DNA of 63,715 bases, counting the filler. It is 7 parts of 7 records of this genome, joined end to end, with 100 filler letters (N's around TTAATTAATTAA, not from the genome) between each part and the next. Parts side by side here need not be neighbours in the genome. Positions count along the whole stretch, not along the records: positions 20,012 to 29,650 come from DRR723986_6160; positions 29,751 to 36,878 come from DRR723986_6175; positions 36,979 to 43,932 come from DRR723986_6180; 4 more parts are not named here. One strand, written 5' to 3'. Both the position numbers and the translations under genes were made by a program. The notes below the pieces were generated by a model, which had not been told where the DNA came from, did not search any database, and saw only the letters and a list, made by a program, of their open reading frames with translations. Each line of letters begins with the position of its first letter. Within the stretch, counting starts at the first letter, position 1. Positions 27,840 through 39,558 of the stretch are shown piece after piece.

Positions 27840-29650
27840 ATGAGCACCGAACACCTGAAGACCATCGAACAGCGCCTGTTGTGGCTGTCGCACTGGATGA
27901 TCCATCACGCCAACCACGTGCGTCCGAAGGTGGATGGCATCAAGATCGGCGGGCATCAGGCAAGTTCAGCTTCCATGGTTTCGATCATGACGGCGCTCTA
28001 CTTCTCTGTTCTCCGGCCGGAAGACCGGGTGGCGGTCAAGCCGCATGCCTCGCCGATCTTCCATGCGATCCAGTACCTGATGGGCAATCAGGCGCGCGAA
28101 AAGATGGAAAACTTCCGCGGCTACGGCGGCGTTCAGTCCTATCCTTCGCGTACCAAGGACATCGATGATGTCGATTTCTCCACCGGTTCGGTTGGGCTCG
28201 GTGTTGCGATTACCTCCTTCGCGTCGCTGGTACAGGACTATATTGCGGCCAAAAGCTGGTCGGGCGACAAGCCGCTCGGCCGCATGATCGCTCTGGTCGG
28301 CGATGCTGAACTCGACGAAGGCAATGTGTATGAAGCCCTTCAGGAGGGCTGGAAGAACGATCTCAGAAACTGCTGGTGGATCATCGATTATAACCGCCAG
28401 TCGCTCGATGGTATCGTTCGTGAGGGGCTCTTTGATCGGGTCGAGAAAATCTTCGATGCCTTCGGCTGGCAGGTGGTCCGGGTCAAATACGGGGTCTTGC
28501 AGCGCGCGGCCTTTGCCGAACCCGGCGGCGACAAGCTGTGCCAGTGGATCGACGATTGCTCCAACCAGGATTATTCCGCGCTCACCTTCATGGGTGGAGC
28601 CGTCTGGCGCAAGCGCCTGATGGACGACCTGGGTGATCAGGGCGATGTCACCGCGCTGATCGACCGCCGCTCGGATGATGAACTGGCGGATCTCATGGAA
28701 AATCTCGGCGGCAATTGCACCGAGACCATGGCGGAAGCCTTCGCCGCCATCGATCACGACAAGCCGACCTGCTTCCTTGCCTATACCATCAAGGGGTGGG
28801 GCACGCCGATTGCCGGCCACAAGGATAATCACGGCGGCCTGATGAACAAGACCCAGATGGCCGAATGGCAGAAACACATGGGCGTTGCGGAAGGCGAGGA
28901 ATGGGAGCCCTTCGCGACAGTGCCGGATGTTGGAGCGCTGAAGGCGTTTCTGGATCAGGTGCCATTCTTTGCCAAAGGCACCCGCCGTTTCTCTGACGAC
29001 AAGATCGCCGTACCTGCCATCGAGCTTGCCTCCAACCGGGATATTTCCACCCAGATGGCCTTCGGCAAGGTGCTGGATGATCTCTCCAAGGGCGACAGCA
29101 AACTGGCCGAGCGTATCGTTACGACCTCACCGGATGTCACTGGCACCACCAACCTTGGTCCCTGGGTCAACCGGCGCAAGCTTTTCGCCCGCAAGGCCAT
29201 GGCGGATGCCTTCATCGAGCACAGGATTCCCTCGACTGCGAAGTGGGAGTTCACGCCGGAAGGCCAGCATATCGAACTCGGCATCGCCGAGATGAATCTG
29301 TTCCTGCTACTGGGGGCTGCCGGTCTTTCTCATTCGCTTTTTGGCGAAAGGTTGATCCCCATCGGCACAGTCTATGATCCCTTTGTCTGCCGGGGGCTCG
29401 ATGCGCTCAACTATGCCTGCTATCAGGATGCCCGCTTCATGATTGTCGGTACGCCATCCGGTGTGACCCTGTCCCCGGAAGGCGGTGCGCACCAGTCCAT
29501 CGGCACACCGTTGATCGGCATGAGCCAGGACGGACTGGCCGCATTCGAACCCGCCTTTGCCGACGAACTGGCCGTAATCATGGAATGGGCTTTCGATTAC
29601 CTGCAGCGCGACGGCGAGGGTGATCCGGACGAACGCACCTGGCTGCGCGA
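27840..29650 (+). CDS. AceE-type pyruvate/2-oxoacid dehydrogenase E1 / transketolase-like ThDP enzyme (MdeB-like), 3'-truncated
   Basis: GGHQASSAS, KPHASP, QSYPS, STGSVGLG, GDAELDEG...N ThDP motif, GIAEMN, EGGAHQS. Confidence 0.88.
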
Positions 29651-29750
29651 NNNNNNNNNNNNNNNNNNNNNNNNNNNNNNNNNNNNNNNNNNNNTTAATT
29701 AATTAANNNNNNNNNNNNNNNNNNNNNNNNNNNNNNNNNNNNNNNNNNNN
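29651..29750. other. artificial contig linker
   Basis: N44-TTAATTAATTAA-N44. Confidence 0.99.
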
Positions 29751-29751
29751 C

Positions 29752-30042
29752 ACGGCGCTGTGGTGGAAACAGCTGGCCACAGCGGTGGTTTTTGGCCTTG
29801 GGGTGGCAACCATGCTGACCTTGATCTTTACCCCATCGCTGCTGGCCTTGCGCATCTGGCTTTCGACCTATGCCAGTTGGCTGGCCCGGCTGCTGGCCGC
29901 GGTGTCGCTGGGTAAAACCAGCCGTGCGGCGCGCGATTTGCTGCTGGATCGCGCCGCGCGCAAGATCAAGGCGCCCGAGATCATCTGGGACGATCCCGAT
30001 GATACACCCAAATCTGCCGCCACATTGAAAGCCGCAGAATAA
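29752..30042 (+). CDS. C-terminus of an RND (AcrB/D/F) efflux permease
   Basis: WWKQLATAVVFGLGVATMLTLIFTP matches the last TM of AcrB-family proteins. Confidence 0.82.
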   Translation, partial: TALWWKQLATAVVFGLGVATMLTLIFTPSLLALRIWLSTYASWLARLLAAVSLGKTSRAARDLLLDRAARKIKAPEIIWDDPDDTPKSAATLKAAE

Positions 30043-30057
30043 ACACCGAGCCAAGAC

Positions 30058-30084
30058 AAAGGGGGCCAGACCGGCCCCCTTTTT
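30058..30084. terminator. intrinsic (probably bidirectional) terminator
   Basis: AAAGGGGGCC-AGACC-GGCCCCCTTTTT between convergent genes. Confidence 0.8.
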
Positions 30085-30117
30085 CGTATCGTGCATGCGG
30101 CGCCTGCGCGCGCGCGG

Positions 30118-31929
<1,812 letters not shown>

Positions 31930-32008
31930 GTCAGCTCCTGTTTCTGGCGCTCACAAATAGGCCCTAACGCCCCGAATGGCCAGAGCGGCTAAACCCGATA
32001 TTTCCGCC

Positions 32009-33076
32009 TTACGCCCGAATGATATGGCCCTCGTTCGGCGGCACCTGGCCCGCCGCCAAGCGCTGCCACAGCGGCACCGATTGCCCAAGCCCTGTGTGTT
32101 CCACCACCTCTAGCCAGGTTGCGGCCTCGGCGGCCAGGCGTTTCCATGCGCGGGTGATTTCGCCCTCTATCACCCCCGCCCCCCATTCGGCGCGGCGTTT
32201 GGCAATTTGCGCCGGCGCAAAGAAAAACTGTGGCTTTGGCCCGGGCAAATCGGCCAGGGGCGCAAATTTATCCCAATGGCTGGTGCCCACCGCCGCCGAA
32301 TGCTGTAGCTGATCGCCCAAATGCTGGTGCAGCGCAGATTTTACCGCAGCGTTGCCCGCCATATCGATATACACGCTGGGCTTTTGCGCGATCTGCTGCA
32401 GGGCGTCGTAGGTGATCACCCGGTCGCAGCCCGCCGCGCGGCTGACAAATTCGGCATTCCCTGCCGATGTCAGCCCAATGATCTGAAAGGGGCGATCGGG
32501 AATTTCCGCCAGGTATTTACACAGGCCCAGCCCGGTTTTCGACGAGGCGCTGCCGATAATCATTTGCGCCGCGCCAAACCAGGCATTATCGGCCAGCCAA
32601 TCGCAAAGCAAATAAGATGTGGCCAAAAGCGGCTGCAACAGGCTGCGCAAATCGCTGGCGTGTGTGTCTTTGCCTGTCACCACCGTGTAGCTGTTATACA
32701 CCAAGGCCAGCCCTTGGCGGTGGGGGGCCATATCTTGAAATACCCCGGGCGCAATGGCTTTGGCCGCGATATCCAGCGTTTCGGCCATGGGGAAAAACCC
32801 GTAAACCTGCGTGCCCGGCGGCAGATCGGGCGCCTTGCTTTCCACGACCTGGGCCACACCCCAGACCGGCACAATGCCTTGGCCCGCGATATCGCTGGGG
32901 AAGAACTGCCAATATTTCAAGATATCGCCCGTTGCGGCATAGGTGATGTTATTCGTGGTCAAGGCAAAGCTTTGCAGATGCAGCCGCGTCATGCCGGGCG
33001 CCAGCGTGCCGGGGGTGTAGCCCTGCAGCTGGGCTGCCTTGATGTTTTGGCGATCGATTAAAACCCGCTGTGCCAT
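32009..33076 (-). CDS. DUF2855 family protein
   Basis: FALTTNNITYA..G..LKYWQFFP, VPVWG, SASSKT, FFFAPAQI. Confidence 0.82.
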   Translation of the reverse strand: MAQRVLIDRQNIKAAQLQGYTPGTLAPGMTRLHLQSFALTTNNITYAATGDILKYWQFFPSDIAGQGIVPVWGVAQVVESKAPDLPPGTQVYGFFPMAETLDIAAKAIAPGVFQDMAPHRQGLALVYNSYTVVTGKDTHASDLRSLLQPLLATSYLLCDWLADNAWFGAAQMIIGSASSKTGLGLCKYLAEIPDRPFQIIGLTSAGNAEFVSRAAGCDRVITYDALQQIAQKPSVYIDMAGNAAVKSALHQHLGDQLQHSAAVGTSHWDKFAPLADLPGPKPQFFFAPAQIAKRRAEWGAGVIEGEITRAWKRLAAEAATWLEVVEHTGLGQSVPLWQRLAAGQVPPNEGHIIRA

Positions 33077-33111
33077 GCCCTACCCCCGCATATCTGCCCC
33101 CCCCACTATGC

Positions 33112-33143
33112 AAAAGGGCCATGCCTTGGCACAGCCCCTTTTT
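33112..33143 (-). terminator. probable terminator after the LysM gene
   Basis: AAAAGGGCCATGCC..GGCACAGCCCCTTTTT, imperfect stem flanked by A/T runs. Confidence 0.5.
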
Positions 33144-33167
33144 GGCTAACCAAACGTCAGCCCCGGT

Positions 33168-34709
33168 TTACTGATCTGCGGGCAGATCAAAGACCTGACC
33201 GGGATAGATCAAATCAGGGTCGCGGATACGGTCGCGGTTGGCGTTGAAGACGCGCACATACAAAATGCCCTCGCCATAGCGCTCGCGTGCGATGGCCCAA
33301 AGGGTGCTGCCGGGCTGCACGGTGACCACGCGCGCCTTTTGCGGGGCGGCCGCGGCCAGCTGCTGCTTTTCTTCGCGCTTAAACGGTGTTTCGGCCCGGC
33401 TGGTCACGCGGCCTTGGGCGTTTAGCTGATCGACCCGCAGCGTATAAACGCCAGCTGCAACCTGGGGCAATGTGCTGGCCCAGGTGCCATCGTTTTTCAC
33501 ATCGGCATCGGCCACGGGCTGATTGTCGACATAAACGCGCACCACGGTTTTGCCATCATCGCGGGCACCGGCGCGGCCCTGCAGCTGCACCTCGCCCTTG
33601 TCATCGTAGCTGATCGTATCCAGCGCCACTGTGGCTGGGGTGTTTGGCTCTGCATTGGGTGCGGCTTGCACCAGCGCCACACCTTCATCATTTGCACGCA
33701 AAACCATGGGGGCGGCGGCCTGTGCCATTTCTGTAGCGGGGGCCGGTTCGGGCGCGGGCACTGCTGCAGGTTCTGCGGCAGGTTCGGGTGCAGGTGCGGC
33801 GCTGGTGCTTTCGCTGGCAGTGGCCGTAGCCGCGGCGATATCGGTGGTGGTTTGTTCCGATTTGGTGCTGGCCACGGCTGGGGCGGCCATATTTTCAGCC
33901 GCGGCTGCAGCGATCGTGGCGGCTGGGGCCTGCACCGTGGCGGTGTCAGATGTGGCGGTGTCAGATGCGCCTGAGTCAGATGTGCTATTGTCAGGTGCAG
34001 GCTGTGCCGCTGGGCTGGCTGCCGCCACGGCGACAGGCGCAGGTGCGGGCGCAGGTGCGGGCGCAGGTTGTGGCACCGGCTGGATCAGCATTTGATCGGC
34101 AGAGGTGGCGGATTGGCCGTCTTTGCTGGCCTGCAGCCATAGCGCTGCGGGGGCCGACAGGGGCGGCAATTCGATAAAGGCGGCAAAGCTGCCATCCGCG
34201 CCTGGCTCTAGCGTGGCGATCACTGTGCCATCCAAAATCACCTCGACCACCGAACCGGGCACGGCGCGGCCTGCCACCTGTGTTAGCCCATCGGCCTCGG
34301 CCAGAAAGAGCGACAGCGTTGGCGCCGCTAGGGGCGCGGGCGCCTGTGCCTCGGCTGCGGCGCCCTGGCCTGCGGTGGCGGGCGCGACGCTGGCCTGATC
34401 TTGTTGCGCAGTGTCTGTTTCTGCAGCAGCAGTGGTGGTTTCTTCGGCAACGGTTGTTTCAGACGGCACTTGCGCTGGATCCACCGCGGCAACTGCGGGG
34501 GCTTGCGGCTGTGTGCTGGCCCCAGTATTGGCCTCAGTGCTGGTGGGGGGGGCCACAGCGGGGGCGGGTGTTGGCTGGGCCTCGGCGGGTGCCTGCGCGG
34601 GCGCTGGCGTCTTTTGGGGTTGCCAGATCAGCCCGGCGATCACCACAACGCCCGCAACGGCCACAGCGGCCAAGCCACCCTTGCCCGCAAATAGTAAGGA
34701 TTTGCTCAT
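33168..34709 (-). CDS. membrane-anchored Ig-like/LysM peptidoglycan-binding protein
   Basis: N-terminal TM, Ala/Pro/Thr-rich linkers, C-terminal TVQPGSTLWAIA...IRDPDLIYPGQ. Confidence 0.92.
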   Translation of the reverse strand: MSKSLLFAGKGGLAAVAVAGVVVIAGLIWQPQKTPAPAQAPAEAQPTPAPAVAPPTSTEANTGASTQPQAPAVAAVDPAQVPSETTVAEETTTAAAETDTAQQDQASVAPATAGQGAAAEAQAPAPLAAPTLSLFLAEADGLTQVAGRAVPGSVVEVILDGTVIATLEPGADGSFAAFIELPPLSAPAALWLQASKDGQSATSADQMLIQPVPQPAPAPAPAPAPVAVAAASPAAQPAPDNSTSDSGASDTATSDTATVQAPAATIAAAAAENMAAPAVASTKSEQTTTDIAAATATASESTSAAPAPEPAAEPAAVPAPEPAPATEMAQAAAPMVLRANDEGVALVQAAPNAEPNTPATVALDTISYDDKGEVQLQGRAGARDDGKTVVRVYVDNQPVADADVKNDGTWASTLPQVAAGVYTLRVDQLNAQGRVTSRAETPFKREEKQQLAAAAPQKARVVTVQPGSTLWAIARERYGEGILYVRVFNANRDRIRDPDLIYPGQVFDLPADQ

Positions 34710-34830
34710 TTGTTCCCTTCCAGCCCGCTTATGTTTTTCTGCGGTTGAGAGACAATACCAACAAGGTTAACACTGGTCAAAAGCCATTCGCATATCTGCG
34801 AAAGTTTACCCCGGCACGAAAGAGACCCAA

Positions 34831-35385
34831 ATGGCCCCTGCCCCCTCGATCTGTGTGTATTGCGGCGCCCATAGTGGCACCAACCCAGCCTTTTCTGATG
34901 CCGCCGATGCCATGGGCACCCTGCTGGCCGATCAAGGCTGGCGGCTGGTTTATGGCGCGGGCGATGTGGGGCTGATGGGGCGTGTGGCCCGCAGCGCGCA
35001 GGCTGCGGGGGGCCAAACCTTTGGGGTGATCCCTGTGCATCTGATGAATATGGAGGTGGGCAAGCGCGATCTGTCGCAATTTATCGTGACAGAAAACATG
35101 CACGAGCGCAAAAAAGTCATGTTCATGAATTCAGACGCGATCGTGGTTTTGCCCGGCGGCGCCGGGTCGCTGGACGAGTTTTTCGAAGTGCTGACATGGC
35201 GCCAGATTGGCCTGCACCAAAAGCCGATATTTTTGCTGAATTCTGAAAACTACTGGCAGCCATTGGTGGCGCTGCTTGATCATGTGATTGCCCAAGGCTT
35301 TGCCGCGCCCAGCCTGCGCGATTACGTGCACGTGGTGGGCGATGTGCCCGCCTTGGGCGCGGCCCTGCGCGCGGCGCTTTCCTGA
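34831..35385 (+). CDS. LOG family (TIGR00730) phosphoribohydrolase
   Basis: ICVYCG, LVYGAG.VGLMG, MHERK, PGGAGSLDE. Confidence 0.93.
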   Translation: MAPAPSICVYCGAHSGTNPAFSDAADAMGTLLADQGWRLVYGAGDVGLMGRVARSAQAAGGQTFGVIPVHLMNMEVGKRDLSQFIVTENMHERKKVMFMNSDAIVVLPGGAGSLDEFFEVLTWRQIGLHQKPIFLLNSENYWQPLVALLDHVIAQGFAAPSLRDYVHVVGDVPALGAALRAALS

Positions 35386-36242
35386 CGCAGGGCGGCAAGC
35401 GTGTAAATCAGCAAAGCCGCCCAGATCAGCGCAAAGGCCGTGGCATGCCATGGGCCAAAGGGCTCGCCAAACACAACGACTGCGCAGAAAAATTGCAAAC
35501 TGGGGTTTAGGTATTGCACCAGCCCGATCGTGCCCAGGCGCACGCGCTTTGTGGCGTAAGAAAACAAGATCAGCGGTGATGCGGTTAAAATGCCTGAAAA
35601 GGCCAGCAAGGCGCTGTCAAAAAAATGCGCGCCAAACACGCCTGTGCCGCTGCTGTGGCGCCAATACAGCACGGCCAGGGCGATGGGGCACAACAGCAAC
35701 ACCTCGGCTGTGACAGATACAACCGGCCCTGTGGTTAGCCGCTTTTTGATCAGCCCATAAAGGCCAAAACTGCTGGATAAGATCAGCGCCACCCAAGGCG
35801 CCACACCCAGGCCAAGGCTAAGCACCACCACCGCAGCCATGGCCAGCGCCACGGCGGTTTTTTGGCCCCTGTCTAACCGCTCTTTGAAAACCATCCGCCC
35901 CAATGCCACAGCCACCAGCGGAAACAGGTAATAGCCCAGGCTTGCCTCGGTTGCATGGCCGATCTGGATAGAGAGGATAAATACAAACCAGTTGGTAGAA
36001 ATCATCAGCGCGGCAAAGAGCAATACCAGCAGCGCCCTTGGGCTGGCCATGGCGGCCCATAGCTGTGACAGGCGGTTTTGGCCCAGCAAGAGCAGTGCAA
36101 AAAAGCCAAACGACCACAGGGTGCGGTGGGCCAGCACCTCGATCGGTGCAATATGGGACAATAGTTTGTAATAAAGCGGCGAGAGGCCCCAGATCAGGCA
36201 GGCCAAAACCATTGCCCAAATGCCGCGTGCGCTGTCTGTCAT
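35322..36242 (-). CDS. rarD: EamA/DMT transporter RarD
   Basis: IWGL.PLY, E.LAHR.LWS, EASLGYY..P, G..QY.NP. Confidence 0.92.
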   Translation of the reverse strand: MTDSARGIWAMVLACLIWGLSPLYYKLLSHIAPIEVLAHRTLWSFGFFALLLLGQNRLSQLWAAMASPRALLVLLFAALMISTNWFVFILSIQIGHATEASLGYYLFPLVAVALGRMVFKERLDRGQKTAVALAMAAVVVLSLGLGVAPWVALILSSSFGLYGLIKKRLTTGPVVSVTAEVLLLCPIALAVLYWRHSSGTGVFGAHFFDSALLAFSGILTASPLILFSYATKRVRLGTIGLVQYLNPSLQFFCAVVVFGEPFGPWHATAFALIWAALLIYTLAALRQESAARRAAPKAGTSPTTCT

Positions 36243-36301
36243 ACTGGCCCCTTTCCCCCCTGCATAGGCGCAACCGCGGCCAAAGGGAAAGGCCCAAAAA
36301 C

Positions 36302-36328
36302 AAAAAGCCCGCCAAATTGGCGGGCTTT
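36302..36328 (-). terminator. intrinsic terminator of sodB
   Basis: Minus strand GCCCGCCA-ATT-TGGCGGGC-TTTTT. Confidence 0.82.
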
Positions 36329-36347
36329 GTAATGGCTTAGGCCAAGA

Positions 36348-36878
36348 TCACAGGCGCGAGGCCACGTTTTCCCAGTTTACCAGCTTGTCCAGGAAGTTGG
36401 TCAGATAGGCCGGGCGCTTGTTGCGGAAATCAATGTAATAGGAATGTTCCCACACATCGCAGCCCAAAAGCGCGGTTTGGCCAAAGCACAGCGGGTTCAC
36501 GCCGTTTTCGGTTTTGGTCACTTTCAGCGCGCCATCGGTATCTTTCACCAGCCAGCACCAGCCCGAGCCAAACTGCCCTGCGCCCGCGGCGGAAAACTGA
36601 TCTTTGAACGCGTCAACCGAACCAAAGCTTTCAACCAGCGCCTTTTCCAGCTCGCCCGGCATCGCATTGCCGTTCGGGCCCATCATTTCCCAAAACTGCA
36701 TATGGTTCCAATGCTGCGAGGCATTGTTGAAAATGCCGTTCTGCGCCACGGCGCCTGTCTGGTATGTGCCGGTGATGATATCTTCCAGCGACTTGCCTTC
36801 CCATTCGGTGCCGGCAATCAGCTTGTTGCCATTGTCAACATAGGCCTTGTGGTGCAGGTCGTGGTGGTATTCCAGCGT
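36348..36878 (-). CDS. sodB: Fe superoxide dismutase, 5'-truncated
   Basis: EYHHDLHHKAYV, FNNASQHWNH, FGSGW, DVWEHSYY. Confidence 0.95.
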   Translation of the reverse strand, partial: TLEYHHDLHHKAYVDNGNKLIAGTEWEGKSLEDIITGTYQTGAVAQNGIFNNASQHWNHMQFWEMMGPNGNAMPGELEKALVESFGSVDAFKDQFSAAGAGQFGSGWCWLVKDTDGALKVTKTENGVNPLCFGQTALLGCDVWEHSYYIDFRNKRPAYLTNFLDKLVNWENVASRL

Positions 36879-36978
36879 NNNNNNNNNNNNNNNNNNNNNN
36901 NNNNNNNNNNNNNNNNNNNNNNTTAATTAATTAANNNNNNNNNNNNNNNNNNNNNNNNNNNNNNNNNNNNNNNNNNNN
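36879..36978. other. artificial contig linker
   Basis: N44-TTAATTAATTAA-N44. Confidence 0.99.
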
Positions 36979-38889
36979 GCGCATGGCCACCTCGGTCTTG
37001 CCGAACCCCACATCGCCCACAACCAGCCGGTCCATTGGCCGTCCGCGTTCCAGATCCTCGATCACATCGCCGATGGCTGACAGCTGATCATCGGTTTCTT
37101 CATAGGGAAAACGGGCGCAGAATGCCTCCCACATGTCGCCGGGCGGTTCCATCACCGGGGCGTGACGCAATTCGCGTTCGGCGGCGATGCGAATGAGCTT
37201 GTCGGCAATCTGGCGGATACGTTCCTTCAGCTTGGCTTTCTTGGCCTGCCACGCCCCGCCACCAAGCTTGTCCAGCAGCCCTTCTTCATGGCCATAACGG
37301 CTAAGAAGTTCAATGTTTTCAACGGGTAGGAACAGTCGGTCGCCGCCCGCATATTCCAGCGCAATGCATTCATGCGGCGCGCCCATGGCGGTGACGGTCT
37401 CCAGCCCCTTGTAGCGGCCCACCCCATGATCGACATGAACGATGAGATCGCCGGGGCTGAGGCTCTGCGCCTCGGTCAGGTAGTTCTCCGCCCGCTTGGT
37501 CTTGCGCTTGGGCCGGATCAGGCGGTCACCCAACACGTCCTGTTCGGAGATCACCGTCAGCCCGTCACCGGTAAACCCCTGTTCCAGCGGCCAGACCGCA
37601 AGGTTAACGGCCCCTTTCTTCAACCCGGCCAACCCGTTGGAGATCTCCGTCAGATCGGTGATGTCCTGATCTTCCAGCAAGCCGCGCAACCGTTCCCGGG
37701 CGCCTTCGGACCAGGATGCCATGATCACCGCTCGGGTCTTGGATTCGGCCCGAATATGGTCTGCCAAAGCCCCGAAAAGGCTGATGTTTTCCTGTTGTCT
37801 CTCCGGCGCGAAACTGCGCCCGATCCGACCGCCCGCATCCACAACACCGGGGCCGGAGGCCCGTGGAAGCGGAGAAAACTGCACAACGCGGTGGCCGGAG
37901 ACCGCTTGTTCCCATGCGACATCGGTCAAATACAGCAGTTCCGGTGGACAGGGTTTGTATACCGTGTCCATCCGGCCCTTTTGAGTCATCGCAGTCTTGC
38001 GCGTATCATATTGATCTTCAATGGTTTCCCATCGGGCCAACCGCTGTGGCGTGGTCTGGTCGTCCAGCGTGATCGTGGCATCGGGAAGATAGTCGAACAG
38101 GGTTTCCAACCGTTCGTGGAAGAATGGCAGCCAATGTTCCACGCCCTGATGCTTGCGGCCTGCACTGACCGCCTCATAGAGAGGATCTTCCCCGCCACCC
38201 GCACCGAATTCCACCCGGTAATTCTGGCGGAACCTGGCAATCGCGGCATCATCCAGAATGACCTCGGACACCGGCGCGAATTCCACGCGGGTCAGCCTTT
38301 CCGTGGTGCGCTGCGTTGCTGGATCGAACCGCCGCGCGCCGTCCAGCACGTCGCCGAACAGATCCAGCCGCACAGGCATCTCTTCGCCCGGTGGCCAGAC
38401 GTCGATAATCCCCCCCCGGATCGCGTAATCACCCGGCTCCATGACCGTCGGTGACTGCGAAAATCCCATGCGAACCAGAAAGTTGCGCAGCTCTCCCTCG
38501 TTCAGCCTGTGATTGACCTCTGCCACGAAGGCCGAAGCGCGAAGCAATTCGCGCGGGGGCACAAATTGGGTGGCAGAGCTTAGCGTCGTCAGAACGATGA
38601 ACTGCCCATCCAGCCCTGCCGCCAGCGTCGCCAAGGTTGCCATCCGCGTGGCCGAGATATCCGCATTGGGTGACACCCGGTCGAAGGGAAGACAATCCCA
38701 GCCGGGAAAGCGCAACACCGGCACCGACGGGTCGAAGAAATCCAGCGCCATCGCCATGGCCGCCAAGCGCTTGTCATCGCGCGCAACATGCAGGACGGGC
38801 CCGTCCCCGGTGGACAGTTCCCGCAACAGCCGGGTCGCGTCGAACCCCTCGGGCACGCCGCCCATGAGGACATGGTTTTTGTTATCCAT
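36979..38889 (-). CDS. mfd: transcription-repair coupling factor, 3'-truncated
   Basis: WDCLPFDRVSP, RGGIID, VHVDHGVGRY, FPYEETDDQ, PMDRL..GDVGFGKTEVA. Confidence 0.96.
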
Positions 38890-38909
38890 GAGGGGTTTGC
38901 CCCGCGAAG

Positions 38910-39431
38910 TTAAAGTCCAAGCGCACCGTAATGCAGATTGGTCCACATGCCCCAGAAGGCGGTGACGAAGATGGACACCATACCGATCATCTGAACCAGC
39001 ATCCGATGATTGCGTAACCGGCGGCCCAGATCCTCGAACCCGGTGTCGCGCAGAGAGTGGGCGGTGCGCACGTTCAACGCGGCCACGCCCGTCATCGGTG
39101 CCATAAGCAGGAAGACGGCCTGACAGAATTCGACCCCGTAGCCCCAGCCAAGAACGGCAAGTCCGGTAATCAGGAAGGCCACGAATCCGATGGCCCAGAC
39201 CCCCGACAACTCGACCATCGCGAGAATGCGATTCACATTGACCTCGGCCAGCACCCGCATGTCATGGATCGACCGTTCATGTCCGCGCCGCGCGCGGGTC
39301 ACCATGTCGAAGGGCACCCCCACGATCCAGTGGCTTGCGGTGGACCACAGCGCTGCAAGCGCGATCCAGTACCACAGGTTTGAAAACGACCTCAGGTCGA
39401 TCACTTCCGTTGCAAGTTCGAGAAAATCCAA
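38910..39431 (-). CDS. conserved Rhodobacteraceae membrane protein (often labelled 'component of SufBCD complex')
   Basis: IDLRSFSNLWYWI...GVPFDMV.RARR; position between mfd and hemB; start uncertain (TTG). Confidence 0.8.
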   Translation of the reverse strand: MDFLELATEVIDLRSFSNLWYWIALAALWSTASHWIVGVPFDMVTRARRGHERSIHDMRVLAEVNVNRILAMVELSGVWAIGFVAFLITGLAVLGWGYGVEFCQAVFLLMAPMTGVAALNVRTAHSLRDTGFEDLGRRLRNHRMLVQMIGMVSIFVTAFWGMWTNLHYGALGL

Positions 39432-39558
39432 GGCCGCTCTGCCGATCAAATCATAGTTTCGGGGCACATTAGTCGCGCACCGCGCGGGTTTCCAGCCCTT
39501 GAGAAAACTGCGCGAACATGCCACCCCATTTTGCAACACATGACGCGGAGGACAGACC

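Noticed and set aside
38910..39431. Fe-S assembly role implied by the common 'SufBCD component' label
   Set aside because: Hydrophobic membrane protein with no Suf motifs and no suf genes nearby
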